Assembly (NCBI GenBank): GCA_951406725.2
Contig: OX597822.1
Span: 41,230,001-41,294,000 of the forward strand
Reading direction: 5' to 3'
Source of the DNA: Octopus vulgaris
Lineage: Eukaryota
DNA: 64,000 nt
The translations under genes and the position numbers were made by a program. Shown in pieces: positions 51,897-64,000 of the stretch. Each line of letters starts with the position of its first letter. The stretch's first letter is position 1. The notes beneath the pieces are model-generated. The model had not been told where the DNA came from and searched no databases. It saw only the letters and a list, made by a program, of their open reading frames with translations.

Positions 51897-52053
51897 AGGA
51901 GTGGCTGTGTAGTAAGTAGCTTGCTTATCAACTACATGGTTCCGAGTTCAATCCCACTGCGTGGCACCTTGGGCAAGTGTCTTCTAATATAGCCTCGGGC
52001 CGACCAAAGCCTTGTGAGTGGATTTGGTAGACGGAAACTAAAAGAAGCCCGTC

Positions 52054-52124
<71 letters not shown>

Positions 52125-52322
52125 TGTGTCTGTGTTTGTCACCCCAGCATCGCTTGATAACCGATGCTGGGGTGTTTGCGTCCCCGTAACTTAGCGGTTC
52201 AGCAAAAGAGACCGATAGAATAAGTACTAGGTTTACAAAGAATAAGTCCTGGGGTCGATCTGCTCCACTAAAGGCGGTGCTCCAGCATAGCCGCAGTCAA
52301 ATGACTGACCAAGTAAAAGAGT
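51897..52322 (+). mobile_element. SINE family A, full-length reference copy
   Basis: GGAGTGGCTGTGTAGTAAG..GAGTTCAATCCC..CACCTTGGGCAAGTG (CORE-like)..(TA)n(TG)n..AAGTAAAAGAG. Confidence 0.88.
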
Positions 52323-52499
52323 AACTATCGCACTTCCATTTAGAACTTGTAATGGTAATTTTCTAATGAACAGTGTCCTTTCAGCGACTTTCCATCCCAC
52401 GCCGTCTTCTCGTTGAAGAGGTCACAGGAAGTTTGCTTTAAATTTTTTGTGGATCCAGATTGTCGATTTTGGTACTGCTGCTGATGGTTACGGAAGTAC

Positions 52500-52795
52500 T
52501 GGCACTCCGTCGGTTACAACGACGAGGGTTCCAGCTAATCCGATCAACGGAACAGCTTGCTCGTGAAATTAACGTGCAAGTGGCTGAGTACCCCACAGAC
52601 ACTCGTACCTTTAAGGTAGTCCACTGGGAACTTCGCGTGACACAGAATGTGATAAGGCTGGCCCTTCTTTGAATTACAGGTACTACTCATGAAATAAAGT
52701 GTCTTGCTCAAGGACACAACGTGTCACCGGGAGTTGAACTCACGACCTTGCTATCGTGAGCCGAATGCCCCAATCCCTAAGCCACGCGCCTTCAC
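52500..52795 (-). mobile_element. Same SINE subtype as 51436-51753, internally deleted
   Basis: Reverse-complement homology. Confidence 0.8.
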
Positions 52796-53431
52796 GTACT
52801 TCAGTATTTACTGGTGTAAATCTAAAGCTATATAACATCCTCGTAATATCTGAAGAATATCTCTCATTAGTTCTCCATATAGCTGCCTTCCTTTCCTCAT
52901 TCCGCTAACGTCAGCTGGACAACACATTTTCTAATGATGCGTTGTGACTCAAAATAAAATTCACATCCACCATCTTCGAATGAAATTTCTGCTTTTAGCT
53001 TTGAATCACTTCTAGAGGGAATTTTCTTCGTCTAATTGCTTGAGTAATCTCATTTGAGTAATCTCATTTTTTCTCTTCACTTGCGTATATATATATAAAA
53101 ATAGAAGTGTTAATTTTCAAGGGACACTACTGTAAAATATTTTATAGAGTAGCTTCCCTTCAAAATTAAATTTTTTTCAACATGGTCATGTATAGTTTGT
53201 TTTGATGATATCCCTGATCGTCCTTAGCTTTTAACAAGATTCTGAGAGTCTTAAACTACATCCACAGTACAATTCTAAATAATCGACTGGAGTGACACTT
53301 GAGAGTAATTTATGTCTGTTTTTGCCGTGCTTAAATTATTTATCGTGACATTTATACAATTTAGTTTCTATAGTTGATTCAAACCTATGTTGGCTACTTA
53401 ATTTAGTAAAAGCTAAATATTCCTTGTATTA

Positions 53432-53633
53432 TCTCTTTTACTTGTTTCAGTGATTTGACTGTGACCATACTGGAGCACCGCCTTTAGTCGAGCAAATCGA
53501 CCCCAGGACTTATTCTTTGGAAGCCTAGTGCTTATTCTATCGGTTACTTTTGCCGAACCGCTAAGTTACGGGGAAGTAACGACACCAGCATCGGTTGTCA
53601 AGCGATGTTGGGGGGACAAACACAGATACACAA

Positions 53634-53730
<97 letters not shown>

Positions 53731-53870
53731 TACGACGGGCTTCTTTCAGTTTCCGTCTACCAAATCCACTCACAAGGCTTTGGTCGGCCCAAGGTGTCAC
53801 GCTGTGGGACTGAGCCCGGAACCATGTGGTTCGTAAGCAAGCTACTTACCACACAGCTATTCCTGCGCCT
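53432..53870 (-). mobile_element. SINE family A, near full length
   Basis: Homology to 3245-3690. Confidence 0.86.
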
Positions 53871-54583
53871 ATATCTAGTCAACAATAACTGTAACAATTA
53901 ATTCAGTATTTAAATTTATTCTAAATGATAGAAACGATAATTACATCACTTTAATCCCTTTAACTGTAAAATCAAATTTCATGGTTATTCTGGTAATGAT
54001 GTTAAATATCTACCAAAAAATAGAATAGGTATTTTCTGCAAGTCATGTTGTCTCAATAAACTTGACATATTTCAACAAACAATAATTTCAAACATGACAT
54101 TCCTCAACAAAATATAGACTGGTGGATAAAACTGCTCTCCACAGTTCAAGGTAATGAAAATTGGAGAGGATATTTCTGATTTCCACAATAAATAAAAATT
54201 AAAATAAGTGGATGTTTTATCGGTGAGTGTGTTAAATTAGAAGGTACAAAAAGAAAATGACTCTCCGCAGACACAACAGAATATGCTTCAACACATGAAC
54301 TCACATAAAGAATCTTACAAACCAAATCCAAAAACGAAATACAATAAAAATGTTAAATGATTTTAAGGATTTTTGATTTTTAGTTACGATTTTCCCGCGA
54401 CTTCTTTGCTTTTTATTAACCCAAAATTGGGATTCGGTATTCAATGACATTGTATATACACGGAGCATATGATGTGTCTGAACGTTTCACTCTTAAAAAC
54501 CGGTGTAACAGTAATCTGTTTTATCTTTTACTTGTTTCAGTCACTTGACTGCGTTCAATAATCTTTTCTACTGCAAATTATAT

Positions 54584-55200
54584 TTCCTACTCTAGGCACA
54601 ACCCCGAAATTTTTGGGGAGGGGATCAGTTGATTAGATCTACCCTAGTATGCAATTGGTACTTAATTTATCGACCCCGAAAGGATGAAAGGCAAAGTCGA
54701 CCTCGGCGGAATTTGAACTCAGAACATAAAGACAGATAAAATACCTATTTCTTTACTACCCACAAGGGGCTAAACACAGAGAGGACAAACAAGAACAGAC
54801 AAACGGATTAAGTCGATTATACAGATCCCAGTGCATAACTGGTACTTATTAAATCGTCCCCGAAACGATGAAAGGCAAAGCCGACCTCGGCGGAATTTGA
54901 ACTCAGAACGTAGCGGCAGACGAAATACCGGTAAGCATTTCGCCCGGCGTGCTAACGCTTCTGCCAGCTCACCGCCTTCAAAAGAATCGTTTCTACTCTA
55001 GGCAAAAGCCTGAAATTTTGGGGGAAGGGGGCCAGTCGATTAGATCGAGCCTAGTACGCAACTGGCACTTCATTTATCGACCTCGAAAGGATAAAAGGCA
55101 TAGTCGACCTCAGCGGAATTTGAACTCAGAATGTAAAGACAGATAAAATACTGCTAAGCATTTCGCCCGGCGATCTAACGTTTGGGCCACCCCACTGCCT
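54584..55200 (-). mobile_element. SINE family B dimer plus monomer
   Basis: Homology to 6935-7488. Confidence 0.86.
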
Positions 55201-56049
55201 TACCACCAGCAAATAATATTTAAAAAGTTTTCCTTCATTATAGAAGAGCTGATGGAAGTGTGTTCCATAAGGCCGAGGCTGGCGAGATGATGATTTCGTG
55301 ATCTGATGAGCTAACTTTCGCATTGATTTTTGAATATACAATGCAACTGTATAATGCTGGACATGCATATTAATGCAAACGTAACCATAATTCCTCCCAC
55401 ATTGAAACTAATGTTAGGTGAAGAAGATTGCAAAACGGCCATAATTCTAAGGCTGACCAAGAGGTTAGATCAATATATATTCACCTCTTATGCTTCCAGA
55501 TTTCATAGTTTCATACGCCTCGTGAAATAATTTCATCGACTGGATCTTCTAAATTTCAGGTGCATTGAACACAACATTACACTTTTCTGCATTGAATTAC
55601 AACGTGGACTGTTAGCCGAGTCCGGTAGAGAAGCTTTCTGTGATAACCACATGATTCTCTGAATCTTTATACTACAAATTCATACATACATGCTTACATA
55701 CATGCATATATAAATACATAGATAGAGACACAGACAGATAGACATAGATATATATATATACACATGCATACATGCACACGAGCGCGCGCATATACACACA
55801 TGCATACAAACAGGTATGCATACCTGCCGATAGGAATAGTTTAACAGAGACAGGTAGACATTTTCAAGATCCCTAGATCCCTAATACAGTAAAACCAAGT
55901 ATTATCACAGATTAGTATTACTGCGCATACTCGCACTTTTGTGAATACGTATATACAGACATGTATTCACACATACTTACATGTATGTATATATTTACAT
56001 ACATATATACGCATATACATATAAATACACACATACAGGCACACATTCT

Positions 56050-56280
56050 TTTATCTTTTCTTTCTTTTATTTGTTCGACCGCAGGCATGCTGGAGCACTG
56101 CTTTGAAGGGATTTTTTATACGACAAGCTTCTTTCAGTTTCCGCCTATCAAATCCACTCACAAAGCCTTGGTCGACCTGAGGCTATTGTAGAAGGCTTTT
56201 TCTCTGAAGGTACCTCGCAGTGGAACTGAACTCAGAAGCCTGTTGCTGAGAAGCAAGCTTCTTACCACACAGTCACACCT
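56050..56280 (-). mobile_element. SINE family A, internally deleted and diverged
   Basis: CATGCTGGAGCAC..CTTTCAGTTTCCG..CTTACCACACAG. Confidence 0.7.
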
Positions 56281-56419
56281 GTATATATACACACACATAA
56301 ATAAAGTGTGTGTGTATTTGTGTGTGTTATGTGAATTTTATGGAAAGGAATCCTATAAAACACAACAAATTATTTAAAAATGGAGAAAAGTTGTTGAAAT
56401 GTAAGAGAATTTAAATTCA

Positions 56420-56541
56420 TGCTGACGATCGTTTAGAACAGCGATATAAAAACATGCAAATCCATAGTTGAATAGAAATAACTACATTAATTAAATTAAA
56501 TTAAATTAAATTAATTATATATCACTGTTCTCATCAGTGCA
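56420..56541 (-). ncRNA. Type I hammerhead motif with GAAA changed to TAAA
   Basis: Minus strand TGCA-CTGATGA-GAACAGTGATATA..TATATCGCTGTTC-TAAA-C-GATC-G-TC-AGCA. Confidence 0.62.
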
Positions 56542-56644
56542 AGAAGTATAAACAAAACATTTTTTATACCTAACTAGACTCTCATTCTACTCTGCTATTT
56601 CCTTTATCAAGTCCTTTGTAAAAACAAAAATTGTTTATACTTCT

Positions 56645-56753
56645 TGCACTAATGAGAACAGTGATATATAAGTAATTTAATTTAATTAATTTATTTCTAT
56701 TCAGCCATGAATTTGCATGATGTTTATATCGCTGTTCGAAACGATCGTCTGCA
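56645..56753 (+). ncRNA. Type I hammerhead motif with CUGAUGA changed to CUAAUGA
   Basis: TGCA-CTAATGA-GAACAGTGATATA..TATATCGCTGTTC-GAAA-C-GATC-G-TC-TGCA: 13-bp stem II, palindromic stem III, GUC triplet. Confidence 0.7.
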
Positions 56754-56959
56754 TGAATGAAAATGTTCTTACATTTTAACAAGTTTGTTGAGTATTATGG
56801 GATTCCTTTCCATAAATTCACATAACACACCATATACAAGTATTATTTTCATATTCGTATACTTACACCAGTAAACTACCAACAAAATATGAAGAAACTA
56901 TTTTAGAAATCTTTTTGGAATCCTCCAAATTAAAGGACGTAATATAAATCAACCTTTTT

Positions 56960-57015
<56 letters not shown>

Positions 57016-57081
57016 GTGTGTGTGTGTGTGTGTGTACTAGCTCACGTCGTTGTTTGTTCAATACATCAATTTGTTGTTTTT

Positions 57082-57132
<51 letters not shown>

Positions 57133-57310
57133 CACACACGCGCGCACACACACACACAACACCATTCTGGGATGTAAAAGACAATAATAACTGTCAACTT
57201 TCAAGCGACTTATACGAGTTGTGTCCCTTGCACTCTTGCAAGGGAGAGAACTTGTGTAATATCAAAATAAAATTCAGAACTCATCAAAATAAACATTCAC
57301 AACACACACA

Positions 57311-57360
<50 letters not shown>

Positions 57361-58361
57361 GTGTGTGTGAACGACGCCATGGTTTTGTTTGAAGCTGGAA
57401 ACAACAGCTACATCTCTCACGAGTCACGTCTTACTGTTACCATAGAAAACACGGTTTCGTCACGCTTGGTATAACTTTCATCGATAGCTGATCCGTTTAA
57501 TTGACCTGATTGAACCAGCCACAACTATCAAAACAACAACGTCACCACCACCAACAACAATAACAACAGCACGTCTTATAATTGTTATCAACTTTATTTA
57601 CTAATATGATTCGTATGTTTACTGGATTTCCTTATTTTGGGCAAATTCCATCTCCCCATCATGCTCTTGGCCTTGAAATCGATATTTTTCTTAAACATTT
57701 GCGCTCTAATAGCTATAGGTATAACATAAGTGAGAATTCCAAGGGGAGTCACTGGGGGAGAAAGGCTTGGCCGTAGTCGTTTAACCGGGAACCTGAAGTG
57801 TGGATGTTTGGGTGGAAACAATGTGGATGTTGAGAGGGAGAAGGAAAATGAATTCGGATTCTTGGATAGAGGCACCAGGAGACTAACCAGGAGCAGAAAC
57901 CATTGTAGAAACGATAAGAAGAGGAGACACAGCATATTTGTGAACCGGGGATTGGAGGGTATTTGCTAGTGATTTCATATCAATCAGTCGGGTGACCTTG
58001 TGGAGATGTGGTCCCTCTTGTGAATGCATCCGGAAGCAGCACCATCCTAGGTATGTGGACGAAGTACCCTGTTGAATGTCTTACCTGAACTTTGAAGAGA
58101 ATTGATAGTTGTTGGTTTTCAATGGGTTTTAGTTTTGGAAGCCGTTTTCGTATTCAAAGAGGAGAGAAGGAGATTCAAGATGTTGCAGGAATTGATTTTT
58201 AATGATTTTTAATGACAAGCATTTCGAAAGCTGAAAGTGAGCGCAATGGGACGCTAATTGGCACAGTTATAGGTGTGTCCTTTCAGAAAACTAAATACAA
58301 TGTAGTGAATTTACAAAGATCGAGCTAGATTCAGAGAGAGAGAGATAGGAAGAGAGAGAGA

Positions 58362-58407
<46 letters not shown>

Positions 58408-58419
58408 GGGAGACAGAGG

Positions 58420-58461
<42 letters not shown>

Positions 58462-58538
58462 GAAAGTGACTGATAGACAGACTGATAAAGAGATAGATAG
58501 ACAAGGAAACAACCAGACAAAGAAAGAGCCACAAAGAA

Positions 58539-58589
<51 letters not shown>

Positions 58590-59139
58590 CTATACTTCTC
58601 AGAGCTTGTTAGCTTCTGTGTGTATTATTTGAAGGTAATGTAAGAGACATTGTCCAAAGCCTGTGGCCTTGACGGCTTGAAGTAACCAGAGGTATTTTTC
58701 TGCATTTGGCATATGAGTACATGAGATGTGTCCAGTGGAGTAGAAAGGACAAAATTTTAAGAAGATTTATCAAATGTGTAATATGTAAGGCAGGATGTAA
58801 AGCAGGTAGCAAATGCAGAGGGTTTCTCTGCAAGAGTGCTGCTACTCACGGAAACGTCATAGTTGAGAAGTGAAAAAAAAAAAAGGATTCTGCAAAATTA
58901 GTAGAGAACTTTCTGGAAACGAACAAGAAGATTCTGCTGCTGTTTGAGATGTGAAGAAAGCTTACGGAATATGTGATGCACAGAAGCATTCTTTTTCCTT
59001 CGTGTCATGGCGCTGCAGAAGTTGCGTTGTTGAGTATGAGGTTTGTAAGGTCTCCGGGAGTTATATACCTGCAACAGCTGCAGTACAGCTTTTAGTGAAA
59101 TTTGTCCATAGACCAACATAAACCATGTCGACTTGATCC

Positions 59140-59640
59140 TCATTTTTTTTTATTTCCGATATCCAAAAATCAATAGGAAAAATCTAAGAATTCCAAATCA
59201 CCTGGGTCACACAGAAATCACAAGGGCTTGGAGGAATCACTTCACTCACCAACATTTGCCACTACATCTACCAAAATTCTTCCAAAATTCTTACAATTTG
59301 AAAGCTGGACAAAACCGCAACGATTCTAAAGCCCAATAAAACCCCAAGTGAAATGACATCAAACTTAACCTTCACTATCCTATGTACAGCATCGATAAAT
59401 CTAGAAATTCTAATACTTGACATCACTAATCCATATATTACTCCTTTTTAAACCACAGTATAAATTCAGGCCACTATACTCAACTGCTATGCTACTCACA
59501 AATCTAACACAGAGAATCCATGATAACGTCAAAAGCAAGAAATCTCTTTTATGTACTATTCTGATTCTAATACATATCATTAAGAGGACAAGCTACCGAT
59601 ACCATTCCCTGCCCTCCGTTCATTAAAAATCATCAACACA
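59140..59640 (+). mobile_element. Highly decayed LINE reverse-transcriptase fragment
   Basis: PQYKFRPLYSTAMLLTNLTQRIHD resembles the RT motif Q.GFRP..ST...L..L...I. Confidence 0.55.
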
Positions 59641-61599
59641 TACCGTTTGATGGCAAACAAACTAGCTATCACGTCGCCAAGTCTATGTACTTTACAAGAC
59701 TGGCACTCGTTGAACCTGCAATTTTCCAAATGGGGTACCACATGGATAAAAAGGGTGTTGTGTGTTTGTATGTGTGTGTGTGTGTGTGTGTGCGTGCGTG
59801 CGTGTGCATGTGTGCGCGCGCGCGCGTGCGCGTGTACGTTTGTTTTGTTTGTGTGAATTGTGCGTGTGAAGCATTCTGTCTAGAGAGGGAATTGTAAATA
59901 ACCCCTGATGAGATCTGGTCCTGAACTTAATATTCTCTCATCTATTTAAGAACACAAATACTATAACACAAATTCTACATTAAATACACTTGTATCTATT
60001 TAATTATTTCAACTCCGTCTACTTCCTTCTAGCACTCCTTTACCTGTGTATCAGGTCTTACATCATGTTTTATTCTTGTATTTAAAGTACTCCACAGAAT
60101 GTATGTACAATGCCTAACAGTGTTATTTTCAGTATGTTGTATATCTGTCCTCGTTTATCACTGATTCATTTATCTCTTATCCAGATAACGCGGTATGCTC
60201 AACTGTGAACCATGTTACGCTTACCACGAATTGATCTGTAATAACCTGAATCGGCGATCAGTCAAAGATTCTGTTTGGTCCGCAAAAACACACCGCAGCG
60301 ACCACCCACAATGCGCATGACAAATTGGGGTCACGGAATGAAACCTATTTTCCCCATGTATTCTATTATTTATCTATCACTATCATTTAACACAGAGTCT
60401 CTTCGAAACCAGACACCCGTGAGGAACGAAGATAGGCGTATATATGTCAATCATGAGACACTGCTCTGGTAATATGCCTACAATAACCAGTAGTACTATT
60501 GTATTGAGTCTACTCAACATAATATATATTGAAAGGTCATTTAGTTCAATTCCTGCATGTTATGGGCCTTTGCTAATGTGTGCTTCTGCGCCTTAATCAC
60601 TCCTAAGACATCTACTTCTATTATAACGGGTGGTTTTTATTTTCTGGTCTCTTGTTCTGGTTTGCTATATTCTCTAGATCTTTATTTACAGATAATTTCT
60701 CCATTTCTATACAGCTATACTCTATTATCATTTATTGGGACTGATAGACACATAAGAAGACACCTCCTGATGGTCTTAGACAATATCCTGATTAACCTGA
60801 GTTGGTATTTACCAGAATAATTCTTGTATCATTATTTGAAACTTTTTCTAGTTAGTGTTCCACCTCTATCCAGTGGGCACTATAACGCCGGCATAATTTC
60901 TCACCTCAACCATGTCTGTTTATTTACTCTGCATTCACTAACATTGGACAGCCAGAAGTTATATAGTTATATTTTCAGGCATGCAAGTCAAATTTTTCAG
61001 ACGACAGTTTACAGCTAAACAAGACAAGCCGACTTATACACCAGGACCATTTTGGAGGACCGAAAATTTTATGTAAAACACAACAGGGTTTGGAAAAATA
61101 GTGACAATGTTTGAACGTCTACACGTTTACACTACATGTTTACGCATGTTTATCGCGTCGGTTTGTATTTGGTTCTTTAATTGTAATTGGTTCTTTACAA
61201 CCTCTATAGAATCTGCAGTACTAATTCTGATTCATTAATTTTTCTTTATTTTCTAGCAGGTAAACATTGGTCCTATATTGAGATCAAAAACTTTTTGGCT
61301 TCATCTTTGTCCTGTACTTCTCAAAACAATATATTCATTAAACACTTCGACTTTCTTTAGTCTAGTCCAGAAGTTCTTAACCATTCAACTATTTTTTCAT
61401 ATGTAGACCCTTTGATTACTATTTTATCCTGGTGGATCTGCTTAACCATTCTGCTTAAAATACTACCGTGTTGCGTGGGCCCCAAAATTCTTATATGAAC
61501 CCCCAACGGGTCAAATGGTCTCCTTTGAGAAATACTACTCTAGACAAATACAGATTACACTAAGGCTTCTTTTGCCGATGAGTTAGTATGACATTTTCT

Positions 61600-62170
61600 A
61601 ATCTCATTTCATGTCTAGTAATATTAAATTGATCGCCTGTTATTGTTTCTCCAATCTTTCAGACAACAGTTTCATATTCCAGCTTTTGATTTATTTTTCT
61701 TGTCTCGTCGAAGTTATATAACTTCTTGCTTTGTTCATATCGTTAAGTGATTTACTAGCATTAGTCTTTCAATTTTCTTTACTGGATATTTTTCGTCGAT
61801 TAACAGCAGATATTTTGTAATAATTTTCTAATTGCATAATACCACTACCACTCTGTATTCGTAATAAATATTCGTAGTATATTCTTAATGCAGTCATTAT
61901 TTTTCCCGTTTTCCTGTCTAGTCTTGCTAATTCACTCAATTGAGAAGATTATATCGATAGATTATTGTAGGACTAGCTAGGTTACTTTATGCATTTAATA
62001 CCGTTTTAACTATCAATGTATAGCGTCTATAATATTTACAGCGTCTCTAATATTCTTCCTTAAGTTCTTTTCATATGTGTGCGTAATATTCTGTTTCCTT
62101 CTTAATTCTTAAATAGTTGTACATTTATACTTGGTGTAATTGTCTTGTTTTCTGTTTCTATATTTAGCAT
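61600..62170 (-). mobile_element. Decayed R4/Dong-like RT/thumb fragment
   Basis: Minus-strand pieces ELARLDRKTGKIMTA and SGSGIMQLENYYK resemble L..LDRKTRK.MT..GGRG...LE of R4/Dong ORFs. Confidence 0.55.
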
Positions 62171-62171
62171 G

Positions 62172-62400
62172 AAGGCGACGAGCTGGTAGAAACGTTAGCA
62201 CGCCGGGCGAAATGCTTAGCAGTATTTCGTCTGCCGTTGCGTTCTGAGTTCAAATTCCGCCGAGGTCGACTTTGCCTTTCATCCTTTCGGGGTAGGTAAA
62301 TTAAGTACCACTTAATTATCACTGAGGTTGATTCTTTCCACTAAAAGTTCTTGAAGGCGGTGTCTCAGCATAGCCGCAGTCTAATGACTGAAACAAATAA
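62172..62400 (+). mobile_element. Chimeric SINE: family B head joined to family A tail
   Basis: AAGGCGACGAGCTGG..TTAAGTACC then AAGGCGGTGTCTCAGCATAGCCGCAGTCTAATGACTGAAACAA. Confidence 0.75.
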
Positions 62401-62561
62401 AACAAAATTAAAAAAAGAAAAGAAATAAAAGATGATATTAGAGTGTATTTCGTTTTTTATTAATTTCTTATCTTCATGGCTGCATTGGTTCATTGTTCCT
62501 GACAGGATTCTCATAGGAATTCTTTTAGGGACAGGTTTGTTGAAATATTTCTAGTTGAGTT

Positions 62562-63362
62562 AGGCGGCGAGCAGGCAGAAACGTTAGCACGCCGGGCGAA
62601 ATGCGTAGCCGTATTTCGTCTGTCGTTACGTTGTGAGTTCAAATTCCGCCGAGGTCGACTTTGCCTTTCATCCTTTTGGGGTCGATAAATTAAGTACCAG
62701 TTACGCACTAGGGTCGATGTAATCGACTTAATACCTATGTCTGTCCTTGTTTGTCCCCTCTATGTTTAGCCCCTTGTGGATAATAAAGAAATAGGTATTT
62801 CGTCTGCCGTTACGTTCTGAGTTCAAATTCCGCTGAGTTCGACTTTGCCTTTTCATCCTTTCGGAGTCGATAAATTAAGAACCACTTGCGTACTAGAGTC
62901 GATCTAATCGACTGACCTCCTCCCCCAAAATTTCGGGCCTTGTGCCTAGAGAAGAAAAGAATATTTCTAGTTGACTAAGGCGGTGAGCTGGCAGAATCGT
63001 TTGAGCATCGGAGAAAATATTAAGCGGCATTTCGTCCGTCTTTATGTTCTTAGCTTAAATTCCGCCGAGGTCGACTTTGCCTTTCATCCTTTCGTGGTCT
63101 ACAAATTAAGTACCAGTTACACACTGGAGTCGATGTAATCGATTTAATCCCTTTGTCTGTCTTTGTTTGTCCCCTCGATGTTTAGCCCCTTGTGGGCAAT
63201 AAAGAAATAAGAAACGTTAGCACGCCGGGCGAAATGCTTAACGATATTTCGTTCTGAGTTCAAATTCTGCCGAGGTCGATTTAGTCTTTCATCCTTTTGG
63301 TGTCGATAAATTAAGTACCAGTTGCGTACTGGTGTCGATCTAATCGACTGGCTTTGTGCCAA
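62562..63362 (+). mobile_element. Two tandem SINE family B dimers
   Basis: Four successive B modules; TATTTCTAGTTGA recurs at ~62547 and ~62963 with a variant at ~63378 (TSD-like). Confidence 0.86.
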
Positions 63363-63524
63363 AAATGAGAAATCAATATTGCTAGTTGACTATCGCTTGA
63401 GGTATAAAACTTGAGGTAATCCAAGAACATAAGATGGTTGATTGTTTTGGCTTGGCATTTGTCGCCGCATCCATTAGAGTTCAAAATTTTGGCTAAACGT
63501 ATTAGAATCAGGCTAAAAAAGGTG

Positions 63525-63568
<44 letters not shown>

Positions 63569-63878
63569 GAGAGAGTGAGAGAGAGAGAGCGCAACAAATA
63601 CAAAGACTTAGAGAGAATGAAGAATATACAATAAAGTTTAAATCAAAATGGCGGTAAACGGTTTATTTTCAACAAAAACTTAGCAATATAGCATCTAGTG
63701 TCAATAAAAAGTATGACACTGTTATACACCAATAAAATATATACAGAGAAACAGAAACAATCATGGCTATACATATATACATACATACATACATACATAC
63801 ATTTTCTTTGTGTGTGTGTGTGTGTGTGTGCATGTGTATATATGCATGAGTACACACCCACACAGATATATATGAATA

Positions 63879-63909
<31 letters not shown>

Positions 63910-64000
63910 CGTACATATAAATATAATGATATAGATTCATGTTTGTGGCAATGTAGTAGGTAAAAAAAGAGCGAATCTGTACTTACATACATACCAACAT

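Larger units (their letters stand above)
56322..56830. mobile_element. Divergent inverted duplication with a hammerhead in each arm (Penelope-like)
   Basis: 56322-56555 is inverted at 56631-56830. Confidence 0.72.

Noticed and set aside
57560-58290. Complex sequence with 113-aa (-) and 79-aa (+) ORFs
   Set aside because: No recognisable motif in any frame, with stops throughout; may be an old repeat but cannot be called.
59760-59840. Alternating purine-pyrimidine (GT/GC) tract with Z-DNA potential
   Set aside because: Such tracts are ubiquitous in this window; nothing specific here.
59903-59930. CCCTGATGAGATC possible hammerhead start
   Set aside because: No downstream GAAA-stem III-NUH.

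Overview
An AT-rich animal genomic window saturated with microsatellites ((TA)n, (CA)n, (TATG)n, (TATC)n, (TAA)n, (ATC)n, (GA)n). The SINE families and repeat style suggest a coleoid cephalopod (Octopus-like) intron or gene desert; this is inference. I found no intact host gene, and nearly all long ORFs in the track are microsatellite translations. Recognisable content: three abundant tRNA-headed SINE families that swap modules; decayed LINE pieces (CR1-like, RTE, R4/Dong with a restriction-like endonuclease, an L1/Tx1-like ORF1); a decayed pogo/Tigger transposase with a Tc1-like fragment and a hAT MITE beside it; mariner- and Tigger-type MITEs; Helitron/Helentron-like ends; and a ~545-bp element found only inside (TAA)n. 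The most striking unannotated signal is a set of short non-coding elements from several unrelated families, usually flanked by (TA)n and often built as divergent inverted duplications. Each carries a minimal type I hammerhead-ribozyme motif (stem I-CUGANGA-stem II-GAAA-palindromic stem III-NUH-stem I'). One locus has two direct hammerheads 565 bp apart, as in Penelope pLTRs or retrozymes. All coordinates and pairings were read by eye and most cores carry 1-2 lesions, so activity is unproven.
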